From Paraphysomonas bandaiensis (taxonomy: Eukaryota > Protista > Chrysophyceae): a stretch of DNA of 64,000 nucleotides. Position 1 is the first letter of the stretch. Each line of letters begins with the position of its first letter. Shown here piece after piece: positions 39,247 through 52,662 of the stretch. The notes beneath the pieces are model-generated. The model was not told the origin of the DNA. It saw only the letters and a program-made list of their open reading frames with translations, and searched no databases. The position numbers and the translations under genes are program-made. The stretch covers positions 195,671 through 259,670 of the forward strand of contig CBFFRP010000149.1 of the NCBI GenBank assembly GCA_965644295.1. Direction: 5' to 3'.

Positions 39247-39414
39247 GTATAGTGGATTGATGTGAGAGAGGATTGTGATGTTGAGATAAGTGATAGCTAT
39301 GAGCCATCTCTATATGCATACTATATACCTACATACCTGCACCCTACACATGCATCCACAGCAGTACCTACCGACATACCCTACAGTACCTACCTACCTA
39401 CCTAGCTACATAAG

Positions 39415-39614
39415 TACATACATACATACATACATACATACATACATACATACATACATACATACATACATACATACATACATACATACATACATACATA
39501 CATACATACATACATACATACATACATACATACATACATACATACATACATACATACATACATACATACATACATACATACATACATACATACATACATA
39601 CATACATACATACA

Positions 39615-39648
<34 letters not shown>

Positions 39649-39671
39649 CATACATACATACATACATACAT
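39415..39671. repeat. (TACA)n microsatellite upstream of the methyltransferase
   Basis: Near-pure tandem array. Confidence 0.99.
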
Positions 39672-40919
39672 CGGATTATCCATAGATAATGGCGCTTTTA
39701 CGAAATGCTATTTTTTGCATAATATCTGCAACACCTACTGTATACGTCGTACATACAGACATATAATGAGTGCATATGTGAAACAACTGTGAATCAACGT
39801 ATTCTCTGTATACTGTGTATATGGAATACATAGGTATACGTGTACGTATATGGGGGTATACCTCTGGGTGACTTCGAAGTGAATGTGATGTGGATATATG
39901 CATATATGAGTACATGATTCAGAGGCTCTTTTGCTGCCTCTACTCACAGACACGAGTGAGGACTATGAACAGTGTGTGGTCATAGTGGTGTATAGTGGTG
40001 AGTGCTCCTCATGAGGGGAGAGACTCGTATGATCATATGAATAATACCGCAGCAGATACACACACATACATACAGAACCCCCACACACACATACATGCAT
40101 AGACCGCATGGAGCACCCTGAATAGCCATATAACTGCACCAGAAGTGTTCACCACTAATGCGCCTCTGAGTGTGTTATTTTATACGGTGTATCTGCATTA
40201 ATGGTGCTGTGGAAGCATAGTATCCGTTAGAAGACTGTGACGCTGTTGTTAATGGAGCTGGTGGTGATCGTCCATATGAGGGCTTCCTCTATAAGGATAA
40301 CATATGAGTAATATGAGAGTGTGGATGAGTTAAGAAGTGGTGAGAGTGTATGTATGTGGTATAGGGGCGCCTCTTACGACCCAACCAGTGACGATACTGT
40401 CGACCTTATGACTCCTACTACTGTATCATTCGTAATGACCTGCTGTGTCCTGTAAATATGACTGAGGTTTACATATATCATTCATCAAGATGAAGGTGCT
40501 GCCGTAGATAAGAGATGGATGTATATCGTATATTACATAATGCTATAGCATACGTATCCACTTACCACTTACTTACAACTTATATCATATATTACTATCA
40601 GTGTTTATCAGACACTGTAATGTAGAGCTGTCTACTAATCCTTCATCAAGATGAAGGTGCCGATGTAGATGTAAGTATATCGTATATCACATAATGTTAT
40701 AACATATCTACTGACAACATATATACATATTTGTCAGCCTTATAGAGCTGTTTAAATTTAAAGAAGTGACATTTCAACTTGCAGATTGCATTGTACAAGC
40801 TACCGTACGAAACTGTATCCATCTGCTTTAACTAATGAACACTTACGATATGATTCACAATTATATCCAGCGCACTAGAGAATGTTTCATTACTAGTCTT
40901 TTTTGTCCAGTTTGTGTCT

Positions 40920-41669
40920 CCTTGCTCTTGAACAAGCATTGCATCACCTCTCCAGTCAAAATATTCAAACATCAATCAAGCTACTGAATCAGATCTACTC
41001 ATTATATTCCACATCAGTACAAAATATGCCCACATGAACAAGATATAGGACCAACTGCCTACAATAGCACAGGGAACCATCAACATCATATTCGTCGCTA
41101 AAATTTTATAGCCATTCATTTTTAACGGACTTTTACCCTCTTCTGGTTTCATGAGTCCTTTCTTCTTCAGTTCATTGATGTCTTTCTCATAGCCATCTAT
41201 CGCCTGTCTTAGTTCTAAGTCTAAGACTACATCCACGTCCAGCTTCATATTTCTTAAGGTATATAAGTAGACAATAGGGCTTCTATATCCCTTAATGTGG
41301 GATCTACTAGGAGGGTCAGGTTCACTTTCTGGAATGTCATCTGGGGCCCTTAGCTTCCCTCTTTCGCTCCATCGTGAGCCGGTGTGAACAGATGGCCGAA
41401 GTACTCAAGAGAGATGTCTTTCGGGAATGGAATCTTCATATTTTCATCATCATCAGAGCTTCAGGGTACGCTGTTATACACCACGCTACAATATGGCCAA
41501 CCTTTTTCTTGTATGCTGCTTTCATTCCTGCTTTTGTTCGTTAATTCTTATACTCAGATACATTATCAGCATTGGAGTCAACAGACACAACCGGCTGTCG
41601 GCGTATACGGCCACTTCCTCTTCGCCATTTAGGCAACTCTTCTTCCTTGTCTGAATCTGTCTCACTCAT
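40920..41669 (-). pseudogene. Crypton-like tyrosine-recombinase transposon remnant, N-terminal half
   Basis: SHIKGYRSPIVYLY, EGKSPLKMNGYKILA, FMWAYFVLMWNIMSRSDSVA*L..YFDWRGDA match the WNLMxR pattern I recall for stramenopile Crypton YRs. Stops and frameshifts; 3' truncated. Confidence 0.65.
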
Positions 41670-41965
41670 GTTTGCAGTAAGTATGGTCGAATATTGATAT
41701 GCCACTAACGGCTGTCATGTTCAAGGAGAATAGTAGAGTATTCTAACAGTGTTTTACAACTAATAAAGTGGCTATTTCCCTATAAAATGGCATTTTTATT
41801 ATATAAAAGTGCCGATTTTTCTGTGAAAGGAAATATTTCACATATGCATCGAATATGATTATGTACTATATATTTGTCCGTATTCGAGGCATATGTGAAA
41901 CATTTCCTTTCACAGGTGGGGTTTCTAGATGAGGAAAAAACCCACAGAGTTTCACATATGCAGTC

Positions 41966-42450
41966 CATACATACATACATACATACATACATACATACAT
42001 ACATACATACATACATACATACATACATACATACATACATACATACATACATACATACATACATACATACATACATACATACATACATACATACATACAT
42101 ACATACATACATACATACATACATACCTACATACATACCTACATACATACATACATACATACATACATACATACATACATACATACATACATACATACAC
42201 AGCTGTGTATGTGGACATACATACATACATACATACATACATACATACATACATACATACATACATACATACATACATACATACATACATACATACATAC
42301 ATACATACATACATACATACATACATACATACATACATACATACATACATACATACATACATACATACATACATACATACATACATACATACATACATAC
42401 ATACATACATACATACATACATACATACACAGCTGTGTATGTGGACATAC
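41966..42450. repeat. Compound (TACA)n microsatellite with a duplicated spacer cacagctgtgtatgtggacatac
   Basis: The spacer occurs at 42198-42220 and 42428-42450. Confidence 0.99.
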
Positions 42451-42521
42451 ACTGTAGCCTACACAGTCTGTTCTTCTATCTCTATATTCCAACTCTCACT
42501 CTCTCATACCATATCACAGTC

Positions 42522-45055
42522 ATGTCAATAGACTCCATACCTTTTCCATTCACTCCATACCCTCAGCAGGAGCAGCTGATGCAGGCTATACAAGAGACTA
42601 TTCGTTCTTCCTCTGTTGGTGTGTTTGAGAGGTACTCATCTGTGTATGTATGTATATATGGATATATGTGTGTGTATGTATATATAAGTCACAACTAAGA
42701 GGTTCATACAGTCCTACTGGTACAGGTAAAAGCCTCAGTATCATATGCAGTGCCCTACATTGGCAGCGACAGGAGGAGCAGCGTATCATTAAAGAATTAG
42801 AAGCATCTTGTGCTCCCCCTCAAGTGCAGACTGATGATTGGCTACAGAATATTATATTAAGTTACCAATTAGGAGATCAGATATCTATTAAGAAACGTGC
42901 ACTGGATCGATTGAAAGGTCTGGAAAATCGTATTGCTGTTGCAAAGAGTAGTAATCCTCGATCAAAAAAGTCAACAAGTAGTGATAAATCTGCCGCTGTG
43001 TCAGATGAAACTGACGATTTTATCCTTAGTAATTATGATAGTGATGAGAAAGAATATTCATATGATACAGACGACTCTGATGATGACTCGGAGTTGGATG
43101 GACTAGAGTTTCCCAAGATATATTACTGCAGTCGAGCCCATAGTCAGATTGCACAGTTTATGGCTGAGATTCGGCAGACTTCTTTCTCTTCTGTGAGGTG
43201 TATAGCACTTGGGTCTCGGAAAAATATGTGCATCCACCCCGATGTTCGTCGGATGTCGAGTGACAGTGCCATGTCTGAGCGTTGCTTGGAGATGCAACGA
43301 GGTCATGTTCGCCGGACATGTAGTGCAAGTGAGGGAAAGCGACCAAGGGTTGCGCGGAAGAAATGCGAGTACAGATGTTCTAGTGCAGAGGGAAGGTTCG
43401 CGGAGCATGCCTTAAGCCACGTTCGTGATATTGAAGATTTGGTTTCTTTGGGACATGCTGTATCAGCTTGTCCCTACTACGGTAGCCGAAAGGCAGTAAA
43501 GGCTGCACAAGTAGTGTGCATGCCCTATGGCATGATGCTAAACAAGAGTCAGCGGGAGGCACTAGGCATTTCACTGCGAGGAAGTGTGGTCATATTTGAT
43601 GAAGCACATAATATAATAGACGCCACCAACAGTTCGCATTCTGGAGAAGTAACTATCAACCAGCTGGAGCTCGCACGGACTGCAGTGGAGTCATATATAG
43701 ACAGATACCGATCCGTTCTTGCTGGGAAAAATTTCTACTATTTGCGTATCCTGTCTTCCGTGATTCGTTCTTTGATAAAAGTATTAAACAAGCGGAAGCA
43801 AGCAGGCGCGAATTCTCTCTCAATAAATGAAGGTGATAACACAGAAAACTCGCCATCTGTGTGTAGCGCCAACGATTTCGTGTTTGAGGCAGCCCTGGAC
43901 AACATTAATCTCTTGAAGCTTGCCCGACACGCGTCGGCTACTCAATTAGTTCAGAAAGTGGGTGGACACTTGGACAGCTTACACTCGGGTGAAAGTGACA
44001 CAGAGGGGAAAGGACATATCGGCGCCCTTCGAAATGCGTTTACATTACTCACATGTCTTTGCAATAGGGACGCGGATGGTAGATTATTTATTGGGCCCTC
44101 CAGGTATGAATCTGATGTATGGAGCATCAGTTTTGTGCTATTGAACCCCGCAGAACACTTCAGAGATATCGTGGATAAATCTCGCAGCGTAATTCTGATT
44201 GGTGGGACCATGAGACCATTCCAGTACGTCACGTCGCATCTTTTCCCTCATCTTCCTATTCTATCTTCAAATTCCCTAGTCCCCAGTGACCCCGCGACCA
44301 AGACTGTCCGTACGTTCTCCTGTGGTCATATTGTGCCCCCTACTAACGTGAACGCGATCGTACTCACCCATGGGGCTCAGGGGTGTACTCTAAACTTCAG
44401 ACATGTCAACAGAGAGTCTTCCTATTTACTAAAGGACTTAAACGACACATTGTGTCGGCTATGTTCGACTGTACCTCACGGCGTCGTTGTTTTTTTCGCA
44501 TCATATGGATACCTGGATCATTGCGTGAATTTTTGGAGGAAGAATGGCCTGTTTCAGCGATTGGGAAGAATTAAACCAGTGGTGTTGGAGAGCCGAACGA
44601 TGCCAGCTGGTGGAATCTGGAGCGAGTACAGTGCATTAGCAACAGGATCTTCGCGTGGAGCGTGCCTTTTAAGTGTCATGGGGGGCAAACTTTCCGAAGG
44701 AATAAACTTTTCGGACAACTTGGCCCGATGTGTGGTGGTGGTTGGTATGCCCTATCCAGACTCCAAAGATGCAGTGCTAAAGGAAAAGCTCAGGTTTGCG
44801 GACTTGATGAAGCCAGGCAGTAGCCGAGATATATATGAGGCAATGTGTTTGAAGACTGTCAATCAGTCTATTGGTAGGTCCATTCGACATGCAGGGGACT
44901 ATGCCTGCGTTGTTCTACTTGACGTACGGTATGCCCAACAGCGGATAATATCACAACTCCCAGGGTGGATTTCCGGTGGGATATCAACTTTCGATGATTG
45001 TGGGTCCAGCGTTAGTGCGATTTCGAAGTTTTTTGATAGATTTGGACTTAAATAA
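42522..45055 (+). CDS. DDX11: Fe-S DNA helicase DDX11/CHL1, 2 exons
   Basis: FPFTPYPQQ...GVFE|SPTGTGKSLSIIC, SRAHSQIAQ, Fe-S cysteines (SRKNMC, ERC, CEY, CPYY), DEAHN, GGTM, GGKLSEGINFSD, VNQSIGRSIRH. Confidence 0.95.
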
Positions 45056-45986
45056 ATAGAATTAAGAAGCTATGCGATGCAGTAACATACGTTATAATGA
45101 ATTTTGTACGCGTAAAATCGTATGAATATACGATAGGTAATTCTGCTGATTTTGTATCATATTTTAACATTCTGTAATATTTTTTTATCAATTATAAATC
45201 TGTAATCTTCAAACTTTAGTAAGGAATTATTAGCAATAGGCGTCTTAAGAGTCAGTGCTTAACTCTGATATCTTTCTATTTAACACTACGAAAGCTGCGT
45301 CACCGCAAGCACCAAGGTGCATCCACTTTAGCTCCATCACTCAAAGCAAACGCAGTGATCAAGCGGTATGTTGCTGACTTCAGGATTTTTGAGTATCCAG
45401 CATATAAAATACGAATGTTTATGTTTAGTTGAAACCATAGGCCTATTCACTAGTTATTCACTCACAACGAGTGCTAGCCTTAGCTAAACTGTTTCTCTCT
45501 TGCACATAGTTACTACGTATCAACGTGTGATACTCTTGAAAGCATGACTTCTATTTGCACTTCGAATTCAGCCTCTAGTATTAGGGTTAGGGTAGGTGAA
45601 TTATACAAGAGCAATACCGACAGAACTGCATTATCTAGCACCTCCTGTGGGTGTGGGTTTGCTAAGGTGGAGGCGGGGGTGCCATTTATAGAGGTCGTCG
45701 TCAGCTTGTACCACCTCCTGTTTCTTGTGCTCCTTCTCAGCCCTTCCCCATTCCCACCTCTTCACACTCTTCCGTAGTACAGTTAACCAGGGCTGCGTAT
45801 CAATTAATTGCAATTAATTGTCAATTATTGAAGTTGCAATAATTGAAAATGGGACATTGAATCATATAATTCACTTCACCTTTTTATACTGAAAAGTTAT
45901 TGAAAAACGGCATTTTTTATTGCAAAAATCCAATTTTTACGTACAAATCGAAGATTGGTGAAAGACTCTGTATAATTTACTAGCAT

Positions 45987-46135
45987 CGGCCGTCAGCATC
46001 ATATTTTTCGGAAATATATTGAAGCAAAAATCATCTATATCACTGATGTACAACTACGGCTGGAATACACATAATTGTTGACTCAATATTAGAGACATTC
46101 GTGAAGAAAAATATACAAAGCAAGGATGCCGATAT
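45987..46135 (+). repeat. ~145-bp dispersed MITE-like element, copy E
   Basis: cggccgtcagcatc...acaactacggctggaatacacataattgttgactcaatattagag...aaggatgccgatat. Confidence 0.85.
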
Positions 46136-46148
46136 CTTAATCAGCGAT

Positions 46149-46785
46149 ATGAGCGATAAACTGGCACCAGAAGTCATTGCACGAGTGTTCTTTGAGAAAA
46201 TAAATGATCATAACGAAGAGGTTACAATAGAGACTTGGCAATGCTGGGAGTGTTCTGAAGCGAAAGAAACGTTATGGATGGAGCAACCTGTCGCAGCATG
46301 CCATCAAACACGAGGGATGGAAAGGGAAAGTTTTTGACTGCCCAGCGAGGTGGTGGTACGATGGATAAATATGTCGAGCACAAAGTATCACCTCAAGCGT
46401 GGAATGCGTATCACTGGTTAGAGTGGGTGATAATGGATGATCTTCCTTATGAAGTAATATTTCGAGATCAACATTGATGAAGTATATCGAAGTCTTGGAC
46501 TTAGAGGTCGAAAGCAGGGTCACAGCAATGCTTCCAATGCACTTCGGTTTGATTGTTGATGGATGGACGTGCAGCAAGGTACATTACTTTGCTGTTTTTG
46601 CAACATGGACCGATGCCAATGAGGTACAGGAGGTGCCACTTTGCTGTGGTGTGCAAGATGAATATGAAGACTCGGACATGGATTTCACTGCTGAGTCACT
46701 AGGAGATTACTTCTTCGATGAGTTGCAGCTGGTTGGATGTGATTTTCATGCAATTGAATTCACATCGGGTGACAATATTGATCAA
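46149..46785 (+). pseudogene. hAT-like transposase 5' remnant
   Basis: WQCWEC (BED-like), WLEWVIMDDLP, FGLIVDGWT..KVHYFAVFA (first catalytic D), DFTAESL, SGDN (second D); frameshifted and truncated. Confidence 0.8.
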
Positions 46786-47024
46786 ATTAGTAGTCTCCTA
46801 GTGACTCAGCAGTGAAATCCATGTCCGAGTCTTCATCTTCATGTTAACTTATACTGCTTATCACTAATACTCTTAAACGTATACTAGATGGTTGTATTAT
46901 CTTAACATAGATTTCTACAAATGAGGCGATATAGCTGAAAAGCATATGTGTTGGTTTCAAGAAGTATGGACTATACATCTATAGTGTAAATTTAGCTGGA
47001 GCTTGCTTGAGATTATAATTCAAA

Positions 47025-47087
47025 TCTAAGCATTGCTTAGTTTAATCAACACTAGCACTTTACTAGAGCAGCTCTCAGAATGGGGCA
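47025..47087 (+). repeat. 3' fragment of LTR family 1
   Basis: caacactagcactt.actag...gctctcagaatggggca, as at 11249-11290. Confidence 0.7.
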
Positions 47088-47301
47088 ATTAACGGTTCTG
47101 CGATGTAAGTTTCATACCAAAGTACAATTACTTATATTCATTTCATATTTCCAAAATCAAAACTACACCCCAAGGCTACGATACGGGTTGCTTCCGAGTA
47201 AACTCCTACTAGTAGAGATACATGTGCATAATGCATAAATATCGCAAAAAAATCTCAAACATCCTCGTTAGGGTCCTACATCACATATTATGACACGGAT
47301 G

Positions 47302-48542
47302 TCATAAACATAACAAATATACCTTAATATCTTCCCAACCTTCTGGTTCTTTTGATAGTTCTGCCATCTTAGCATCCAGCAACTGCAAGAAATGTAAAAA
47401 TTTGAATATCAATTAAGACTAATCGCCAAGGTCATGATAATCTGTATGTGTATCCCCACAAAACATGTGTATTATATATATATATATGAATTATAAGGTG
47501 TCTAATATGTCTAATGCGTACTTTTATGGCCTTTGCCCTACGGCGCTCTGCGACTGCATCCCCACCACCACCTGAGGGAGGAGGAGTGGAATAGTGTACA
47601 GCATCTGCCTTCGTGTCTTGATACCTGCGTAGAGTTACCATAGTGGTCACATAAATGAACTCCATTAGTACCGTAAGTGATGCTGTAACTTTTTGTCAAC
47701 TTCGATTTTCGGAAAAACTCCAGTAATGGAGAAGAGGTTGTAAAATGCAATGGTCAGCGGAAGCACGACCGGGTGCAGTACCTAAGGTCACGCAAATGTT
47801 ACATAATCGTCATACAAAGAATTGGTACAACCTCTGGAAACATGGCCATGAATGTGAATCCCTCAGAAGAATCACCCGTGCTATCTGCCTACAAAATTGC
47901 TGTAAATCTAGTTTTCCAGCAGCTAGAAATAGATACCTCATATTTGTAGAAGAATCGGAGGTATGTCCAAGAGAACAAATAGCTGATCCAGATGAAGGAT
48001 ATATCAACAGTAAGAAAATGTACGCCAAGAATCCACAACAGCGTAAAAAATGCCACAGTACATGTTGGTAGTAAATGAAATGTTAGAAGTGGATATTGTG
48101 GCACTACAGGCTTTGATCCAAGTTTCTGACGTGTATACATCATAACAGCAATTATAACACCACCACATCCATATGATGAACCTAATAAATATTCTTCCAT
48201 ATTGGTTAAATAAAACTTATAAAATTGCCATAATAATGTACCAACTGTACATGATACTATCATTAAAAGTATATATAATCCAAATTGATCCATTGGTTCA
48301 CATTTCAATTCATAAGATATAGAAAATATCAATAGAATATCTATGATATAACGGATAATATTTGTTTCAATAAAACAACATGTGAATAGATTCCATACAT
48401 AATTATGAGTGATTAATAGATTAGCTGGGATTAAACTGAATAGTTTTATGTTAGTTGGATATATAATACATAGAATGGAGAGTAATGTAAGGATACATGT
48501 GAGAATGAAAGTAATAGGACGTGTTGTAATGATATCTAACAT
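47302..48542 (-). CDS. TMEM115: TMEM115/DUF1751 rhomboid-like Golgi membrane protein, at least 5 exons; 3' end approximate
   Basis: YVWNLFTCCFIE, SWTYLRFF, GDSSEGFTFMAMFPE, DAVAERRRAKAIK|LLD. Confidence 0.85.
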
Positions 48543-49136
48543 GATTGTGATATATATATATATGAGTGTGTGTGTATGAGAATTATGTTTAATGGATATG
48601 AATGTTTAATGACTGAATTATGTACTGGAAGCAGTATATAACATCTAGAGAGGAGAGTATACATAATAGGATATTAATTGTACTAGGAGTGTATAGAGTG
48701 AGGTCTAGAAGTACATGTCTCGAAGTACTTGATGACTCAGTATTCCCTGGTACATGGCAATAAAAATTCCCGATTTCTAGATAGTCCATTAAAAAAAAAG
48801 GTCAAAAACGGTCACTACCCGGACTTCGCACGTGGTCACCCACCGCACTACGAACCGAGCCAGATGCAACTTCACCTCCGCGAGCGGAACAAGAGCTGGT
48901 GTGGTTTGCATTGTATGACTGTCCATACTGACTTTGCATATTTTTTGATATAAATATCTAGCTTGATGCGCTGTATGTATGCATATACAGTACATATATA
49001 TGTATAGTATACGTTTGTATGTATGCTGTATATGGATGGGTATATAACTGACCGGCATATGACATATAGGCTGAGGTTACTCTTCCATCTACACACTCAC
49101 CCTCTCCATCAATCATCTCATTAACACTGGTCAACA

Positions 49137-49743
49137 ATGACAGAAGTACAAGAAGACACTCACAATGAAGCTGTAGTGATCCCAATTTTCCCGAAAACTG
49201 AAAACTATTCACAAGAAACAGATATTGACTTCGATATAATCAACTGTCATCCAGGTACATATATAAGAGTCATTCACAATGAATATAATCTATGTTATAG
49301 TTGGTGATGTGGTAGTTGTTGATGATTCGGAGATATTGAAACCTACAATTGAAATTAATGGGGATGATTCGTATTTAGCCTTCCCTATTGATGATTCATT
49401 ACAATACTTGGCACTCCAACTGAAGAATGTAAATCGATTTATGAAAATTGTTATTCGTGTTAGAGACTCAGAAGGGAAGACTCGTGTTTTCACTATCACG
49501 AATAAGAGGACAACCATTTATTTAAAGAATAACTTATGTCAACTGCCAATGAATATCGGCGAAGGATGGCAATATATCAATGTAGACCTTGAAGATATTG
49601 TGAGTAGATGTTTTGGTACATCATATGTTGGTGTGGTGGACGTTATTGTTCATGGTTCTTTGCGAATTGGCAAGATTTATTTTCAAGACAGAGAATATGC
49701 TGACGTTGAGTTGCCTCCTTTTCTCCGACTGCTTGCGGATTAA
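49137..49743 (+). CDS. CFAP20/BUG22 (DUF667) domain protein, divergent, 2 exons
   Basis: LQLKNVNRF...RDSEGKTRVF..TN...CQLPMNIGEGWQYINVDL..IVSRCFGTSY..V.VHGSLRIGKIYFQDREYADVELP. Confidence 0.82.
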
Positions 49744-50193
49744 GGAATTGTTGTCGCTAGGTTTTGGATGTTATTGTAATTGTTTCATAGGCATTGGAAA
49801 TTGATGTAATCACTTATTTCTTTTACGATTTGTGCAACTTGCACTCTTTTATTGCAGAGCACTAAGATATGAGTGTTTAATGCATTGTACTTAGTACTAC
49901 GACAATTGGCGTCTCACAAGACGAGAAATTGATTAGGGTATAAGAAATAAGGCAGAGATAAACATGACATAGCTGCAAAAGTCTATACGAAAGAGATAAT
50001 ACAGGATGTTTTAAACGGTTAACATTATTCGGTTGTAACAGCGACGCCACTTTCAATCATTGAAAGTGAACAATACATTATAACAGTATAGTGGCATTTG
50101 CTTCAGCATTGTTGTAATACTTAGATACTTAGCAATGCAAGTTTAATTACTTCAATAGTATTACTGTACGTAATTTTTAGAGGCTATTGAAAG

Positions 50194-50322
50194 CTTTCTG
50201 ATTTATAGATCCATAGAAACAAAGAAATAAAATCACTTGGCTTTTTTGAAATAGAAATCTCCTTACGATTAAAAGACATTCGATTTTATTACTTTGTTTC
50301 TATGGATCTATAAATTAGAAAG
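50194..50322. repeat. Long hairpin / foldback with 41-bp arms and 2 mismatches
   Basis: ctttctgatttatagatccatagaaacaaagaaataaaatc (50194-50234) pairs with gattttattactttgtttctatggatctataaattagaaag (50282-50322). Confidence 0.92.
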
Positions 50323-51368
50323 TTGTGCTACAATTCTCATGTGTATCATTACCTTTTATCCTTTAATAGATGTTGCCCAAAATATTACCATATGAGGAGT
50401 TGTTGAATACATACGCTTACCTAAAATCCCAAAATTATAATGATAAGCTCAGCGAAACGATTGTTCACAACCGTTGGTGGATAAGACCCGTTGAACTTTG
50501 GACTCAAATACTATTGCCATATATTTTTCTCTGGTCCTGATATTTGTAGCGTCCAACTAACTATGAGAAATGACAGTAAGAAAATCAATGTACTGAGTAG
50601 TATATACGTATATACCTATGTTATACTTTAAAATTAAAAGTTTAGTGTTCAATACAAGAACAACATAGTAAACGATACGTTACTGTCAAATCAGATAATC
50701 GCTGTGTAGTAATAGTGGGAATTACTTCTTCAATACTTAAGAAAATTCACTAAATTATAAGTAAGACACCTTCAGGTTTAGGCAATATCTCATTACGTAG
50801 ATAGAAGTATTGCCCTTCGCTGTCATAATCAGCCTCTATCTGATACTATGCGAGAAAATCAATCTGTAATTCCCACTAACAGCGGGGTAGGAAACATGTC
50901 TGGTCAGGTTTGAATGTTATATACCAGTACCCAGAGTAGAGGAATAGAGCGGTCGGTGATCTTCCTTTAGCTGAGTGATATATATACATATTGATATATA
51001 TGATACTGGGCAAAATATACTGAGAGATGATCTGTATAACTGATATGCTCTCCGAATCACTCAACTCATTCGATTCATAGAAATCGAAATCATGCATACA
51101 TATATGTATATATAAACATAACTACCTAACTCTCTCTCATATATATGACTCCATACGATAGAATTCTCTTATGATGACTGTACTTACCAATGCATATGAA
51201 GTATTATATATCCATATATATACGATATCTCGTAATGACTGGTATGTAATTTAATGGACATTGTTATGATGCATATACATATATATATACATATAGTGTA
51301 CGAGTGAGAAGATACTAAGATATCATATATATGGGTATGTACTGTACACACCGCTGCAGGGTGGTGTG

Positions 51369-51400
<32 letters not shown>

Positions 51401-51825
51401 ACACTGGTGTGTAGGTACTCGTACTGTTGTACGTTTATAGGTACAGTAGGTTTGTACATCTTCATGTCTATAAACTACGGATATTCATTCAATCAGTCAA
51501 AAAGAGGCATTTTATATTATCCGTATGTCTATAAAATGTGGATATTCGTTCTATGAGTCAAAAAGCAGGCATTTTATAGTATAAGTAACGCAGCTCAATT
51601 CATATGAATGTACAGCAATAGAGGGACCATTAGTTCCAATTACACTCCATTCTCATGACAACAAGATAACGAGAGATGAAAGTAAGCTATCATGATATTC
51701 TTTGACATCATAGCAATGTATATCATCGTAGCATCTTGTATTTATCAATCAATCTACTAACATATAGAAATACACGTAAGAAACCATCTAACATCTGTAT
51801 ATATTACATATAAAGATATACACGT

Positions 51826-52662
51826 ATGGCACATAGAAAACGAGGTAGAAAATGTGAACCTAATTGGAAATCAGATATTGCTGATGCCATACAATCCGCT
51901 CGTCAGGATGCTACATATGTACCACCTAACCGTTGCGAGCCGTATGGGAAGCGACGTGTATTTCCTCTACTCGATCACTTAGTTGCAGATAGACTTCATG
52001 ATGATGAATTATGTCATGGAAAGGTACGATATGTTCCTGATACTCAGAAACAAGATACATTTGATGAAATCGTGAGAGAGTACTGTGAAAAAATTGAAAT
52101 GAGCACGACTATATCTTCTCTTTCTTACTGGTCTCTGGAGGCAATTACGTCGTATTTACAGTACATGGATGTAGAAGATGTGAAATATGTGCTATCACTA
52201 CTTCCTCCTGAAGTAACCACTGTATTCTCGGCCATGGCGACGAGAAAGGGGGCTGTCACAGATGACAATATCAGAATATTTAGCAATAGTAACGTCAAAT
52301 TCTTAATACTGGGTGGACGTGGCGTGTCAGATTGCGCACTGAACGCAATTATGCCAACTGTAATACCTAAAGATATTTCCCCAGCAACCGATTGGGAAGA
52401 TATTGATGTTGAAGATACTGAGTTCTTTACCACATGTGGTTGCTTTCACTTGGAACGCGTTGCCCTGTTGTCTACACGTCTCACTACAAGCGCGGTACTA
52501 AAGTTAGTGCAGTCACCGTACAGTAAATTGGAGAGCATAGATGTGTGTGGTATTAGTGGTTTTGATAGTGGCTGTACAAATAGTAATATAGTGACGATAG
52601 ATTCTGACCAATTACATGAGTTGTCAGACAAAGGAAATGTCAATGCAATACAGCTTGTCTAG
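51826..52662 (+). CDS. Hypothetical protein, possibly LRR-like
   Basis: 278-aa ORF with ATG and a basic N-terminus; LRR-like segments VKFLILGG.GVSD, LERVALLSTRLT, KLESIDVCG. Confidence 0.6.
   Translation: MAHRKRGRKCEPNWKSDIADAIQSARQDATYVPPNRCEPYGKRRVFPLLDHLVADRLHDDELCHGKVRYVPDTQKQDTFDEIVREYCEKIEMSTTISSLSYWSLEAITSYLQYMDVEDVKYVLSLLPPEVTTVFSAMATRKGAVTDDNIRIFSNSNVKFLILGGRGVSDCALNAIMPTVIPKDISPATDWEDIDVEDTEFFTTCGCFHLERVALLSTRLTTSAVLKLVQSPYSKLESIDVCGISGFDSGCTNSNIVTIDSDQLHELSDKGNVNAIQLV

Noticed and set aside
50400-51097. Possible multi-exon minus-strand gene divergent from 51826
   Set aside because: Splice-like signals are present, but I found no stop-free model or recognisable domain.
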